A stretch of DNA of 64,000 nucleotides from Tubulanus polymorphus (GCF_964204645.1 NC_134025.1:14756001-14820000); one strand, 5' to 3'; positions 1-13,822 are shown, counted from the stretch's first letter. Numbers and translations are program-made. The notes: generated from the letters alone by a model not told the origin.

Positions 1-532
1 ACGAAAGTTTCAAGTAAATCCGTCAAGGAATATTGTAATGCTAACAGAATATAGCCATCCAGGCTCTTGCTTATAGATACCGTAGCTGCATTCATTAGCT
101 CTATCCAGGGAAGTTACTGCAAGGATGCTATTGCTTGTATATGCCGCACAAAAATTCCTCAGTTGCGTTCACTCGAGACTGACCATATTCAGTGCGCCAC
201 ATATATATAAAAATACTAAAAAACTACAGATCTAGTACACCAGCTCTATCACTGCTTATAGGGACACTGACTGACGCGCTGTGGGAATGACACGTAGGCA
301 ATACACATACGTAGATGGATACCGTTTGAATCGGGCTTAAATTTCGATGTTTAGAGGCTCATTGTGAGTAAACAGTTCAATTCTTATTAATATTATATAC
401 AGTATTTGTCAATGCAGCGTAGTACTTGTGATACTGAATGGTTTCACCGACAGTGACAGTAAATTGCAGTTGTTTATATCCTTTCAGTAAGATCAGTGTG
501 AAACAGAATATAATAATAATAATAATAATAAT

Positions 533-1022
533 CAGCAGGAATACAATAGGGTTTCTGTGAAGGCAGCAGAAACCCTAATAATAATAATCAGCAGGAATAC
601 GATAGGGTTTCTGTGAAGGCAGCAGAAACCCTTTCTGCGAAGGCAGCAGAAACCCTAATAATAATAATCAGCAGGAATACAATAGGGTTTCTGCGAAGGC
701 AGCAGAAACCCTAATAATAATAATCAGCAGGAATACAATAGGGTTTCTGCGAAGGCAGCAGAAACCCTAATAATAATAATCAGCAGGAATACGATAGGGT
801 TTCTGTGAAGGCAGCAGAAACCCTTTCTGCGAAGGCAGCAGAAACCCTAATAATAATAATCAGCAGGAATACAATAGGGTTTCTGCGAAGGCAGCAGAAA
901 CCCTAATAATAATAATCAGCAGGAATACAATAGGGTTTCTGCGAAGGCAGCAGAAACCCTAATAATAATAACAATCAACAGAATTACAAGAGGGTTTTCG
1001 ACGAAAGTCAGAAAACCCTAAT
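533..1022. repeat. Tandem array of a 56-bp hairpin-containing monomer with a 192-bp higher-order repeat
   Basis: Monomer cagcaggaatacaatagggtttctgcgaaggcagcagaaaccct(aat)n starts at 533, 589, 669, 725, 781, 861 and 917, with a divergent copy at ~971. Segment 589-780 recurs at 781-972. Stem tagggtttctg/cagaaacccta. Confidence 0.95.
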
Positions 1023-1459
1023 TAAACAAAATCATGAAACAATGAAAACGACAACCGATATAGCCAATATAGGAAAGGAACCTAGATTTTATTACTGCAT
1101 GTGTGTAAATATCAGAGCCCAAGAAAGTTTCTAACGAAAGTTATCGACTCCCCAAGCTAGTTATCAATCCGTGTGATAGCAACATGGGCTTGCATTTGCA
1201 AGCCCATGATTATGATTCTGTATCAGAGGTCTCAAAAAATTCAAGATTTTCCCTTACTGTATAATTTAATGATTCATGGACATAAATAGCAACTCCTACG
1301 CCTATTCTGTTCGCTCTGTTAACTAAAGTGCATTTATATCCATCTAAACTGTACAAATTCCATTGTCCTGTGGGTTGTAGGCCCATGTTTCTGTGATTGC
1401 AATTACTTTAAACAGACAATTTAAAGAGTACTAAGTTTCTTAGTATCTTGTTTATTATA

Positions 1460-1530
1460 AAAATACGAACTTCAAAGAAATTAAATATGGTGTACCTCAA
1501 GGTTCGGTTCTTGGACCGTTACTTTTTCAT
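1460..1530 (+). pseudogene. Small CR1/L2-type LINE reverse transcriptase fragment
   Basis: Translates to KEIKYGVPQGSVLGPLLF, the conserved non-LTR RT motif. Confidence 0.8.
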
Positions 1531-1589
1531 GGAAAAGATATTGAAAAAGATATTTTTACAGAAATTGATATTGAAATACAATTTTAGAT

Positions 1590-2150
1590 CTTAAACAAAT
1601 TGCCCATGGGCAAAGTGTGGTTTACCTTGAAAGCTAGAGGTTGTTTGGAGTAAGGGCATTGCTTGAAAATCTTTTTTATTTGTGACTTCGAAGTTCTAGA
1701 AGTTTATATTGTATTTTATCTTTCTTAAAGAATTATTCTGTAGTCAAATAAGACCAAAGATAAACATTTGTTTATGGTCTACCTCCAGAGATTTCGTAGG
1801 GTACAGGTAGGCGCGGCAGGGAAACTATTTTATATTCAAAAAAAAATATTTTTTTCACGATATGAAAAAATATTCAAATAAAATTCATATGATTTCACAT
1901 ATCAGAGGGTGGCTGAATATTGAGTCTTGGAAACGAAACCTCTTCCAATGTATGGCCGCGGAAGCTAAAAGACCAGGGCGTAGTATTAGATCGTTTTAAA
2001 CCCTGGACCTTACCACTTCAATATCCAGACCTTGACCTATACCTATAGTTTGCTGCTTAGTATTTTCAGGTAACAAGAAATTACAATTTATTACAAATTC
2101 TATCAAACAGAAAACGCAGCGCTCATCTTCTGCTACAACGATTATTCAGC
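1590..2150 (+). repeat. Internal fragment of the Kolobok-like family at 17123-19419
   Basis: Colinear with 17215-17504 plus 18067-18350, but lacks the MITE at 17505-18066, so it shows the empty site. Confidence 0.85.
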
Positions 2151-2196
2151 CTGTTATCATACCAATCGAATTATGCAACATATAATCTACAATATG

Positions 2197-2323
2197 GGGC
2201 CAGTTGCTCAAAAGTTGGTTAAATATAACCGGCCGTTAAATACCATAGTAACAATGAAATTTCAATTGTCACCATATCAACTATCTACTGGTCAACTCTA
2301 ACCAACTTTTGAGCAACCGGCCC
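2197..2323. mobile_element. PIF/Harbinger-like MITE
   Basis: TIRs gggccagttgctcaaaagttggtta / taaccaacttttgagcaaccggccc, with ATG on both sides as a possible 3-bp TSD. Confidence 0.7.
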
Positions 2324-2954
2324 ATGGTATACACATCAACATATGGTAAATATAACAACCACCAAAACAACTTCCATTGACTTTTATCTTCAACCCACAG
2401 GCCCTGAAATCAGTTATGCAATGCTAGTAGGACAGAATGCGAAGTGAATGCAGTACACCCCCAAGCATTGTGGGGGCATAAAATGTTGGGCATTAAGCCC
2501 AACTGGTAGGAGCCGATGACAAAGAGTACTATAAAAAAGAATGGTCCAAGTCATAGGAATCATCCTAATCAGAGGCAATTTGGCAGTTATGGTCTGGTGT
2601 AAGGTTTATGAATAACTGTTACGGGTCCTGGAATCAATTATGATGTACATTGGACAAAATGTACTCTAGTAGGTTTCTGTCCGTTCAAGCGGAACCAAAG
2701 GAAATGGTAGCACTGAAGTAATCGGCTTAAAGTTAGCCCAAGACAACTGAGTTAGGTAAGCAATGACCAATCAGCCGGTGATAGCCGGGGAACAGGTGGA
2801 AATTGGGTCTGGATGAACAGATCCCCAATACACATGTCGAAAGCCCGATTACACAGTTTTCCATTTAGAAGGCATTTAAGACCGATAAATCTTATCAAAG
2901 ATAATTGATCGATTCGTGACATTTCAAATTCATACACATTGTTACCAGACTTAC

Positions 2955-3100
2955 CTACTGTATGGAATATTGAAAATCTTCCAAAACATAAAATATCTGA
3001 GCAGGCAGACAACCCTAATAAGTTGCAGCCGTTGATGTTCAGTGAAACTAGTGCCAAATAGAATGCGCTCAGTGGTATATGAGCTGAACTGATCACAATT
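2955..3100 (-). CDS. Candidate host exon encoding a hydrophobic peptide
   Basis: Minus-strand acceptor ttttcattaacattgattcag and donor tag|gtaagt bound the open frame IVISSAHIPLSAFYLALVSLNINGCNLLGLSACSDILCFGRFSIFHTV. No homolog recognised. Confidence 0.3.
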
Positions 3101-3670
3101 CTGAATCAATGTTAATGAAAATAACAAACTTGTAAATCACGGAAGTATTTTATGACTCCAATTGATGTTGAGGTCACATATTCTCATATTCTGTAAAGAT
3201 TGATGATCTCAAGAGCTTTTCCGAATCTCTTCAGTAAATCTTCATGAAATTGACTATGCATATCACCCTTATGATTATTACAGCTGCAATGAAGAAACTG
3301 TTCAACATGGTAATCCCTAGAAACAGGTAAAGCTTTAACCAACATATGGCGTTTCTCTTTCCTTGCAGAAGAAAAGTGGCACACAGTGCAACATAATTAT
3401 TTTGACAAAAACAGCAAACCAAATAAACAGTTCAAAATCAATATTTTCTGGGCTTAATTTCATCAAGATCGCCAAGCTAAATATTTGGCTATCTATCCTG
3501 GCTTTTAGGTTTATGTTTGAATCTCAATCAAATCATTTCAGTTTCAAACTTCACATCAAAGAATGCTCTAAAAACTTTTTCTTGCATAGCGTACACATAT
3601 GTGTACATACTATTTTCGCAATCATTTTTATCAATTCACTGCACTAGCCCCCAAAATTTGTTTAATACAC

Positions 3671-4850
3671 AACAAGAGGCCCATGGGCCTTGAAGCATTG
3701 GTAGATTATACTGTGGTATTAAGTGGTTATAATGTTTTACATCTGCCGGCAAATCTTCTATGACGATGTTGATCCGGAGGACCACAGACTTAAAGGTCTA
3801 TTTGTCTAGTACGATTTTATTCGTGAAAATGAATTTATTTTCTGCCGAACGATTTAGCCTAGGCTATTTGTAGTGTTAAACCTCATTAATGTGATTCTGT
3901 TAAAAAGACGAAACTAGTTTATTCTGATGTTTTCCATCATGTCCCAGCCAAGATAAATATATCAATCAAGATTTGGATACAAAAACCCATTTTTACGCAT
4001 GAACTGTTAGACCCCACTAAATAATGAAAACAAAAACGGAACGATTTTTCTGAATGCAATTGCAAGACCCTCTGATCTTAAAGCTCCAAGCTCTGATGCA
4101 TTTACGCATGCAAAACGTCGCAAAGAGCGATGCCGGTGTTGGTGTCACTGAGGCCGGCTGATGATTGCTTGTTTGTCTTTTTGTTTGTTTGGCTTTACGT
4201 ACGTCGTTTGGATCTTGGTTTCCCAAGACTATTCTGATTGGATTGTTTATTTAACCTCACGACGGTACGGCCTTTGAAGTGTTGCCCGCATACTGTTCGC
4301 AGCCAGCGGGACTCGAACCCACTTGTAACTCGGCATTGATAGTGGATTCAACTGCATCACGCCTTATCTCACTGAGCTACCGAGGCCGCTCGATTTAATT
4401 CCAAAAAACTACAGCGGCGGCAAATAACCATCGCAATATTGCAATTTACGACAAACAACGCGTAAATTCAATCACTGTTGTTTAACGCATGGAAAAGATA
4501 ATAAAAGGTATTTTTTCCCGGCGTGCATTACAAAGCGAATCTCTGCCGAGTGCGTAAGAGGGTGCTACCACCTTATGAGTGCGCAGCAGACGTGTAGGGC
4601 ATCCTAAAAAGAAAACTTATATTAGAATATAGCCGAATCGAATTTTACAATGTCAGTCAACTGATTGATAATACAACATGGTTGTTCTCGGCGTACTTAA
4701 CAATGATATTTTCCTCCAATAAACAACTCTGGTAAAATTGAATAAAAGGATCTTTCTTTATTGGTGATATCGTATCATAGTGGTAGCCTACCGTTTACCG
4801 TTCGATGTTTCGTGTCATCATGAAATGGTTTTAACTTTGGTAAAGGCGTT
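3671..4850 (-). mobile_element. Helentron-associated non-autonomous element (HINE) family B, copy 1; far end approximate
   Basis: Terminus aacaagaggcccatgggcct (short palindrome next to CTTGTT on the minus strand). Body is colinear with the copies at 55445 and 58688. Confidence 0.7.
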
Positions 4851-5949
4851 CCCGCACGATCACATACGGGTTTCAGTCACGAGTAGGCTGCCGTTCCACT
4901 GCTCTAGAAATACGTATTCTGACGCCGAGAATTAATCCCAAATAATCCCATGGATACTGATAGTTGGAATGACAGTGATATCCAAACAAAAAAAACAGAA
5001 AAATGCGATCGAATAACTTTTTGGACCATTAAATCAGAAATCTGGCGACGCTATGTTGTGGGGAATAATTGAAACATTTTTTTAGTCATTTTCAGCTGTT
5101 TCTAATGTTTTACGTGAACGGAGTGACAATTTGAAGTTACTATAAAAATGAGAAGAGTCGGCGCTATTTTTTCACACTACTATTTTCGATCCATTTTACT
5201 AGCATCGGCATGACGTCATAGACATCAACCAATGCTAAAAATGAACATATTTATGCTTGATAATACCATCAGATGGCGTGATGATACAGCAGGTAAAGGT
5301 AACGCAAGATGGCTTAAGAAGGAGCAGGAATTTTTTTCTCATTTTTTCTTTTTCCCACATTCAGTGCATAATGTTCTATTCACATTGGGGGCAAAAATCA
5401 AAATTTTTACTTAAACAATGTGTAAAGGGTTTGGTATTGGCTTCATTCAGTCTTTTTCATTAATTTCATACAGGAGTCTCAGAGTGCATAAATGAACACA
5501 TATGTGTACACATATTTGGAAGCTCAGGTGCTTGCAATTGCTGATACAATTGAATGCATAAAAGTTAAATAAAAAAAGCTCTTTAGTGACAGGTATTTTC
5601 TCCATCACCATCTGCATCTTGTTTCATCATTCAACTAATCATTTTAATTCCAAAGGATACATTGCTTTCCAAGGGCATGATACCAATACAAATGCATAGT
5701 ATGATACCAACATCACACCAGATAACATGGATGCATTCTGAAAATAAAAACAAACAAGAAATGTAACTGCAAACCAAGCTGTGATTATGGGTTTTTCTAA
5801 CAGTACAATTAATATGTCACCCTTTGGAAATTATGATTAGAAATTAAAAAGTTGTTTCATGTTGTTATTGATTTGAAACCGGCATGACTGGTACAATGAC
5901 CTGTACTTTCGGCATGACAGAGTTTTAACAAGCAATATGACACTATTGA

Positions 5950-6920
5950 AACAAGAGCCCCAAGGGGCACAATGGCCAGCCTGTCAGATTTGCTTTTTAT
6001 AAATGATGTAATCTGTGGGTTATATTTATCAATATACACTCCCTGCTCAATATCATTTACATAGTAAAATCGTGTGTTAACACAGACAGCAGGAACGAAT
6101 GTAATATAGAAATACTAAGTTATTGTATTGTTCAACGCCCCTGGTGGCCATATACAAAAACCAATGAGCTTGAAACTCACCAAGATCATAGACCATGTCA
6201 TGAGCTACAACTTTCCAATTGATTGTGGTAGCATCATATGCATAGGTACGAATGTAATATAGAAATACTAAGTTATTGTATTGTTCAACGCCCCCTGGTG
6301 GCCATAAACAAAAACCAATGAGCTTGAAACTCATCTCGATCATAGAACATGTCATGAGCTACAACTTTCCAATTGATTATAGTAGCAAAATATGCTTAAG
6401 TATCAATTATGATGTGGAAAAAATTTTTTTCCACCTACGAATGAGTACTGATGACCCCAAGATGGCCGCCAAGTGCATCATAATTGCCTGGTCAAAAATA
6501 CCCTCTCGGATATAAAAGATCCCTTTTCCAAAGAATACCCATAACAAATTGCAATGAAACATGGCACACCATTAGAAAGCTACAGTACTCAGAATTCAGG
6601 CCAAAATTGACATTTTTGGGAACAAAAAAGGTTACACTACGGCCATCTTGAGTCCGATCGACCCAATTTTTCTCATGCCGATGGGCCCTCGGGGGATACA
6701 AATATATACGAATGATCAAGGTTATTGATAAAAGTGTCTTCAAAATTTCCCTCGAAAACTTCAAAAATGTGTAAAAAGTGCTGATTTTGCGAACAACAAT
6801 GGCTGCCAGTCGGCCATCTTGAATCTGACAGGGCCAGTTTTTGGCCTGAAGATGTGTCTAGGGTAGATACACGTATAAACCAAATATCAAGACATTACCT
6901 TGAAGCGTCTTCAAAACTTT
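5950..6920 (-). mobile_element. HINE family A variant with ~154-bp internal repeats
   Basis: Terminus aacaagagccccaaggggcac; repeat units at ~6090-6400; body 6420-6920 matches 48830-49330. Confidence 0.75.
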
Positions 6921-7039
6921 GGAACTCTCACGAACTATCTAGATGGTTATCTCTCGACCTAAATAGCTTCAAGACCCATCTCAAAACAACTTTGTTCCAT
7001 GCAGCATGCCATCAACTCTCGGAAAGCGAATTGTATTTA

Positions 7040-8340
7040 ACATTTTTTGGCAGAATAAAATTTGATTGAATTTGCAATTTGGGCACATGGCTAATTAGCA
7101 TATCAAGGTCATACACCCGATTTGGTAAAACCTTTTTTTTCGCGAACCTTGCGCAATTGTCAAGGATGAATTTTCTGTAGAGCAAATAAAAATTCCTCCC
7201 AAACACCAAATCAACTAAAGATTTCATAGAAATCGATCTTGAAATATAATTTTAAATCTTAAAATAAAACCAGGAAGTAAAACAGTAGACGATACCGCGG
7301 GTTCACGTGAACACCCGATTTCTGTGAACGAAATGTTGGTCGTGACAAAATTGTTCAGACGGTTTTAGGTGGTAATAAGTACGGAAACGTAACGACCATG
7401 GTTGACTTATTCGATGAAATCAGGCCTATGTGATATCCAAATTTTGACTTTTTTATTCTCCAGACCTCCCTGATATAGAAATAAAAAATTTTGGTGGTAC
7501 GAAAGTGCAATCACAGCGCCGACGGGGACAGAGCCGTGTCAGAGATCGGCGGAGTGAAAATTGAGGTGGACGAACGCGAAGAAGTAGGCTATTGCGCTAC
7601 TTGAATCACGAAAACTCCTGGCGCGGCCCCGACGCTTTTCGTTGATTAAGTAATACAAATATCATGCAATGGGTTTTCACAATCTACCGCTGGTATTTAC
7701 CGGATTTCAATATCACTCCAAAATTCAAAGAAACCTCGAAATATCGAACCGGAATACTTCCGGTAGATATCCGCGGCTGCCCAACCGGGAAACTTATTAG
7801 TTTCAATAGATATTGATAGGATCCATCATCTTCACCCGTCAAGGGATTCGAACCCACTAAGCTAAAGCCATGCCAGAATCGGGTCGGGCCAATCACAGCG
7901 CTTGTAACAAACCACATTAGGCTTCTGTGGAATTTCCCAGTAAATGGGCCAATCAGCGAACACGTAGCGAACGCGGAAGTATTGTCGCGTGTTGATACAT
8001 GAAGTCATGCGCAAAAGCGCCAGTAATGAAATCGCGATAATTCACGTGAACAGCTGCTGATATTTTCAGATAAACCAATCACAGGGAAGACACAACTTCC
8101 TGATTGGCTGATAAAAATTGAAATTTTCCCGATTTAACTTTCGTGAAAAATGCAGAAAACATTTTTATGAGACCCTATTTCAAAATTCTGCTCGCTACGA
8201 TTCCGAGAATGGATTACGCTTAAATACGTGATTTGTTTGAATATGCCCTCACTTGGCAAGCAAAAGAGCCTTTTGTGTGGAAACCATGTCATTTAAATTC
8301 GCTCCATTTGTATAGTAATAGGCTCAGCCTACGGCTGGCC
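7040..8340. repeat. Unclassified dispersed repeat, second copy at ~53330-55010
   Basis: 7040-7260 resembles 53330-53570, and 8100-8340 resembles 54830-55010 (shared ctccatttgtatagtaatag(g/a)ctcagc). Confidence 0.6.
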
Positions 8341-8769
8341 TAAAAATTAACTTGAATGAACATGTATCTAGTGTGTCGATAACTGCCAGAATAGAATCCC
8401 TATTCAAGCCTATATAAACTATTGACCAATATGTTCTCGCAAGCAACACTATAGAACCTGGGCAGGTATCAATACAATATTACCTGCCTATCCAAGCATA
8501 TATGAAATATTCTACAGCCTTTGAAAACCTACACAAATTACTTAAGTCCTCTTAGGGATCAAAATAAGTGTCAATCAAAATTAAGACACTTGAGACATGA
8601 TGGTAAGTTGGGTTAAGAAAAAATTTGTAGAAATCTGTAAAGTAGTTTAGGAGCATTAGGCTTTTAGTGACTTTTGGGGATTGTCTGTTTGGAAAGGGGA
8701 GGGGGAATAATAATAATGATAAATACAGCTATAAAGCGGCGATAACAGGTTTTCTGACATTTTGAAAGA

Positions 8770-9200
8770 CAACTATTCTAATCATTATGAACCAGGATGT
8801 CGACGAATAACGGCATTGTAATGTGACTTGGGCAAATAATACCTCCACTAATCTCGACTGTCTTGTGGTGTTACAAAAGAAAGCGATTAGAGTGATTACT
8901 GGAAGTGTTTACTTAGCACATATGTAACCATTATTCAGAAAGTATTAACTATTGAAATTCGAGGATATCTACAAATTTGCCAGTTCATGCAATAATATAA
9001 CAATAATGATATTTCTAAAGCCTTCAATAATTTCTTTCTACATAATTCGCAAATTCACAGCCACAACACTAGAAATAGTACTGGTACCAATTTTGTAATC
9101 CAATATTCGAGAACCAACCTTCGGTATAACTGATTAAGATAAAAGGACCTTGGCTTTGAAACACCTTGAGCCCAAATCATACATTGTTGTAAATTATTCA
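8770..9200 (+). pseudogene. CR1/L2-type LINE ORF2 C-terminal remnant
   Basis: Translates to WANNTSTNLDCLVVLQKKAIRVITGSVYLAH..PLFRKY.LLKFEDIYKF, with stops. Confidence 0.75.
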
Positions 9201-9669
9201 GATAAACATGATATAATATGATATGAAATTATATTATGATATATAGCGGATCAATAAAGTCCTACTTCACATCTGAGCATATCAGATGCAAATGGTGGAA
9301 GTTTTCAGTCAGTTACTCATAACTGCTGTCTCTATGTAATGCATACAGTTTCAGTGCCATAGCAATCCAATTGACCCTCCTTGGATAGATAACCCGGGGC
9401 ATTATATGGAAAGGACAGTTGGGAGGCGTAACTGTGCCATTTGTAATGTAAGGGAAGTAGAAAGTATGTTTACAAATGTCAAACACAGAGGCAGTATAAA
9501 TCTTGTGTGCTGGCTGTACCCTTCTGTGACATTCCATGTTTTGAAATATACTATACTAAAGCTTGATACAAAGACTATTGGAGACAGAATTACGCTTGAA
9601 TAAACTAGAGGACCAAAGGTCCAGTTTTCAAATTACTTAAGAGGACTTAAGCAATTTGTGTAGGTTCGA

Positions 9670-12563
9670 AATTTCAGGGGATTGCTTTGAATGATGTACT
9701 CTTGCAAGGCCCAGATGTCACGAATTCGTTGATTGGAGTTCTTCATCGCTTCCGCGAAGGCCAGGTGGCGCTAAAGGCCGACATCGAGAAGATGTTTTTT
9801 CAGGTACGTGTTCCCCAAAACGACCGAGATTTCTTGAGATTCTTGTGGTTCGAAGACGGTGATATAGAGAAAGGAATCGTTTGCTTGCGCATGAAAGTCC
9901 ATATGTTTGGCGCCAGCGTGTGCGAACATCGCCTTACAGCGTACGGCTACAGATAATGCGGCTAAATTCAGTACTGAAATCGTCAAGTCGACAGCTCGAA
10001 ACTTTTATGTCGATGATTTTCTTAAATGCCCATTCAAAATCGCCGAATCCGAAGAATTAGCCGTCAGTACACAAAACCTTTGTAGGAAAGGTGGATTCAA
10101 TCTTACGAAATGGTCATCGAACAAGAGCACTGCGTTAAATAGTATTCCCCCAGATGATCGGGTTGATGAAACTAAACAAGAGGACTCAGTCTTAGGGATG
10201 AAATGGTCCATTGTTGATGATACATTGTCATTCATTGTCAATATGAAGAACAATCCTACTACGAGACGCGGAGTGCTGTCAACAACTAGTGCGACGTATG
10301 ATCTGATAGGGTTTATCGCACCTGCAATACTGCCGGCAAAGCAGCTATTGCAGCAGCTGACTTGTCGGAAAGCTGATTGGGATGAATGTTTAAATGACAC
10401 AGAGTTGATCGAATGGAAGAACTGGCTCACTGCGATGGAAAATGTTGACAAAGTCCGGGTAACCCGCAGCTTGCGTCCGTCAGGTACTGTTAACAACGAA
10501 ATTATATCATGCGAAATTCATTGTTTTTCGGATGCGAGCGAAGTCGGATATGGGTCGTCGTTGTATGCTCGACTGGAAGATAGCGATGGAAATGTCCAGT
10601 GTTCGTTGATTCTTGGTAAATCCAGGGTTGCTCCATTGAAGCGACTGTCGATTCCGCGGTTGGAGCTCACTGCAGCAACCATGTCGGTCCGGCTGTGTAA
10701 TATGATGCTGCAGGAGATCGACTTAGAAGTCACCGATACGGTTTTCTGGACTGATAGTTCCATAGTCCTATGCTACATTAAAAATGAATCGAGTAGGTTT
10801 AACACATTCGTGTCTCGTGTATTCAGCGGAGTTCAGATGTAGACAAATGGCGTCATGTTAGGACCACTGAAAATCCGGCTGATTTGGCATCGCGTGGCAT
10901 GACTCTCGATGAATAATGTTTGAATCGATGGCTTCATGGCCCTGAGTTTCTGAATAAACCGAAATCGGAGTGGCCAGACACCCGCGTAGGCAATAACGTT
11001 TCGCTCGACGGTGATCCAGAAGTGAAGCGTGATACAACGATCATCACTACGTTGGCTGTAGATCTGCCGGAAGAGGAGCATCCAGTTGACAGAATCCTTA
11101 GACGTCGGTCGCAGATGGTCTCGTGTTAAACGTATATTGGCATGGGTCCAGCTAGCGGTGAAAAAGTTCAAGCGTCAGTCCTTAGATAAGTTCGAGCTCA
11201 TAACCGCTGATTTAATCGCAGCTGAACTATTGATTATTTCGCATGTTCAAAAGCAAGACTTTCCCGAAGTCTACCGTCGCTTGGAGGAAGGTCACGAGTT
11301 AAAAAAGAAGTGTAATCTTAGGAAGTTAGATCCCAGGTTAAACAAAGATGAGGGTGTTATTAGGGTTGGTGGCCGTCTTAGTTATGCCAGTCTTGCTTAT
11401 GATCGGAAACATCAAATCTTGCTAACGAGCAGATCCAGATTAGCTACATTACTGATCGAAGACGCGCATCGTAAAGTTGTTCATCTAGGTTGTGAGAGTA
11501 TTCTAGCGTACCTCAGGACACGATACTGGATGACTCAAGCGCGTAAATCAATCAAAAGTTTCCGAGGGAAGTGTATCGTGTGTATCACTTCTCATAGTCC
11601 GCCTGGCAATCAGAAAATGGCGGACTTACCGATCGAGCGTGTCACGCCAGACAAACCGGCATTCGCAAACTCCGGTGCGGACTATTTCGGGCCGATCGAA
11701 ATTAAAAGCGGTCGAAGCGTGGTGAAAAGGTACGGCGTGATATTCACCTGTTTGGCTAGTCGCGCAATTCACCTCGAAGTAGCGTACTCGCTTGATAGCG
11801 ACTCGTGTATAAATGCTACCAGGCGATTCATGGCAAGACGGGGAAATGTGAAATCGATAAGGTCGGATAACGGTAAGAATCTTGTGGCTGCTGATCGCGA
11901 ATTGAAGGAATCCATTAAAGGCTGGAACGCCTCAGTTATTCATGATTCATTGCTTCAGGATGGCATCGATTGGTCCTTCAATCCCCCTGCTGGTTCGCAC
12001 TTCGGGGGTGTGTGGGAAAGGCTAATCCGTTCCGTCCGCAGAGTGTTGAGATCGTTGATGAAGGAGCAAATGACACGCTTGGATGACGAGTCGTTTCACA
12101 CGCTCCTATGCGAAGTGGAGAGTATTCTAAATAATCGGCCGATCACGAGAAACTCGTCAGACCCCGCGGACATGGAAGTTTTGACCCCGAACCATGTGCT
12201 GTTATATAAACCTGGTCTATGTTTACCTCCAGGTGTGTTCGTTAAGACGGACATGTACGTAAAACGCAGGTGGCGCCAGATTCAGTATTTAGCGGACATT
12301 TTTTGGAAGCGCTGGATAGCAGAGTACATTCCTACATTGCAAGTACGTCAAAAGTGGCTAACTCAAAATCGAAATGTAGCTGTCGGAGATATAGTTTTGG
12401 TAGCAGACAGTACACCAAGAAACTCGTGGGCAATGGCTAAGGTCATTGAGGTGCTTCCGGACAAATATGGTGCAGTACGCGTAGTTCGGATTAAAACTAA
12501 AACAAATTAGTTGATCCGTCCCATAGACAAGTTGGTTTTATTACTGGAGGTCGATGAGGAATA
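9670..12563 (+). pseudogene. pol: BEL/Pao pol (RT, RNase H, integrase), frameshifted
   Basis: ORFs 9687-9956, 9907-10842, 10920-11129 and 11086-12510 carry [49 protein letters not shown] and GGVWERL. An in-frame stop lies at 12508 with the frame continuing to 12563. Confidence 0.95.
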
Positions 12564-13224
12564 GTGTGTAAACCATCCATAGTTAAGTTTTGATTGTTTA
12601 AATTTTTGACAGATGTATGTATGCCTAGTTGGTACAGTGGTATTGTATTATGTTCTTATTCCCTCACTCAGGGTGAGATGGTTTTGCCGTTAAGGTGTGT
12701 TCTAATCTGTGATGCTGCTGTATCCATTTAGTTTAGTAATAGTGGTTCATTTTGCAGCAGTGGTGTATAATTGCTAGTTGTTATTTTCTGCTGAGTAGTT
12801 TGCGTAAATTGTATAGGATACCATTCTTAAAAGGAGTGCGTTAGTAGTACTATCTTCCTGTATTAAGTTTTAGGTTCATTTATGAGGATGCGAACTCTTA
12901 TGTCATAAGGGATAAGTTGAACTCAAATATTAATGGGTCTGGTGTTCTTATTGTGTAGATGCGAAATTAACTTCAGGTTCACATGAGTTGAGTAATTTTT
13001 CGTAAGATCGAATATTCAGGTTAATTCTGTTTAAGTCCAGTCGTGTGTGAGTTGCTCTGATGTATTTAGTTTGCTAAGGTGCATATTATTTTGGTAGATG
13101 TATGCATACATTGTATATGTTATTCTGTTATAAACTTTTTGTAAGGAGTTTGCACTTAACCTCAGAGGCCCTTTTTTAGTATTGTAATGTGGTGGAGAAA
13201 TTGCAATGCAATTTCGGGGGCCGG

Positions 13225-13822
13225 TGTAGCGGGCTTATTTTCCTAACCATTTGGTTTTACTCTATTTTCTCTATTTTACTTTACGTCCGGTACGTTGTCC
13301 GGTCCGGGACCGCAGTTTAGTGTGGAGTGTGCGGGCGCGTGTTTAGAAAGTTCGTGACCTGCCCAATATATTAGTTTTACCCTCAGTTCTTGAGGCAACA
13401 CTGTCGGTGAGTGCATTCTCTATTGTTTGTTTAGGATGTATAGGCTATATTGACGAATGTTATTTCTGTGTAAATCTCCTGAGAGAGTTGTATCACTGGT
13501 TTTCGAGATTGGCACTCGCATGCCAGAGGCTGATACCCTTAAGGTTATAGGACGTTTCCTGGTCTTACTAGACTTGATTATTCGTGAGTTGATTACTTAG
13601 TATTTTTCTTAGTGTGTTTTCATTTCTTGTCTTTTTAGTCAATCGTAGTTTACTGTTTGACGTCGGATCTTGTGTGATGTCTATATGTAATGTAAAGAAT
13701 GTGATCTGAGATTTGTACTCCTGAGTCTAAGAAGATTAAATAAACAAAAGCAGTAATAACACGCATATGACGGAACGTAATTAGTGGTTTTATTAACTTA
13801 GTCAGAACTGAAGGATATTACA
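13225..13822 (+). repeat. Putative 3' LTR of the BEL/Pao element
   Basis: Starts TGT directly after a purine-rich tract, has AATAAA near 13739 and ends ACA. No second LTR is present to confirm the end. Confidence 0.6.

Larger units (their letters stand above)
9667..13822 (+). mobile_element. BEL/Pao LTR retrotransposon, 5'-truncated (no gag, protease or 5' LTR)
   Basis: pol remnant followed by a ~660-bp 3' region, PPT-like cgggggccgg, and a putative 3' LTR from TGT(13225) to ACA(~13822). Confidence 0.9.

Noticed and set aside
533-1022. CRISPR-like palindromic repeats
   Set aside because: The intervening sequences are identical rather than unique spacers, there are no cas genes, the context is eukaryotic, and the unit matches a HINE end.
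3184-3422. Overlapping minus-strand ORFs with a GPCR-like hydrophobic stretch
   Set aside because: Weak splice signals, an in-frame stop and no diagnostic motif.
7830-7870. tRNA gene suggested by gggattcgaaccc (also at 4308, 31826 and 34894)
   Set aside because: Only a reverse B-box/T-loop motif is present and no cloverleaf could be built; at most these are decayed SINE heads.
10005-11171. Antisense ORFs over BEL pol, and similar ones over Gypsy, hAT and piggyBac
   Set aside because: Shadow frames of the real coding strand.
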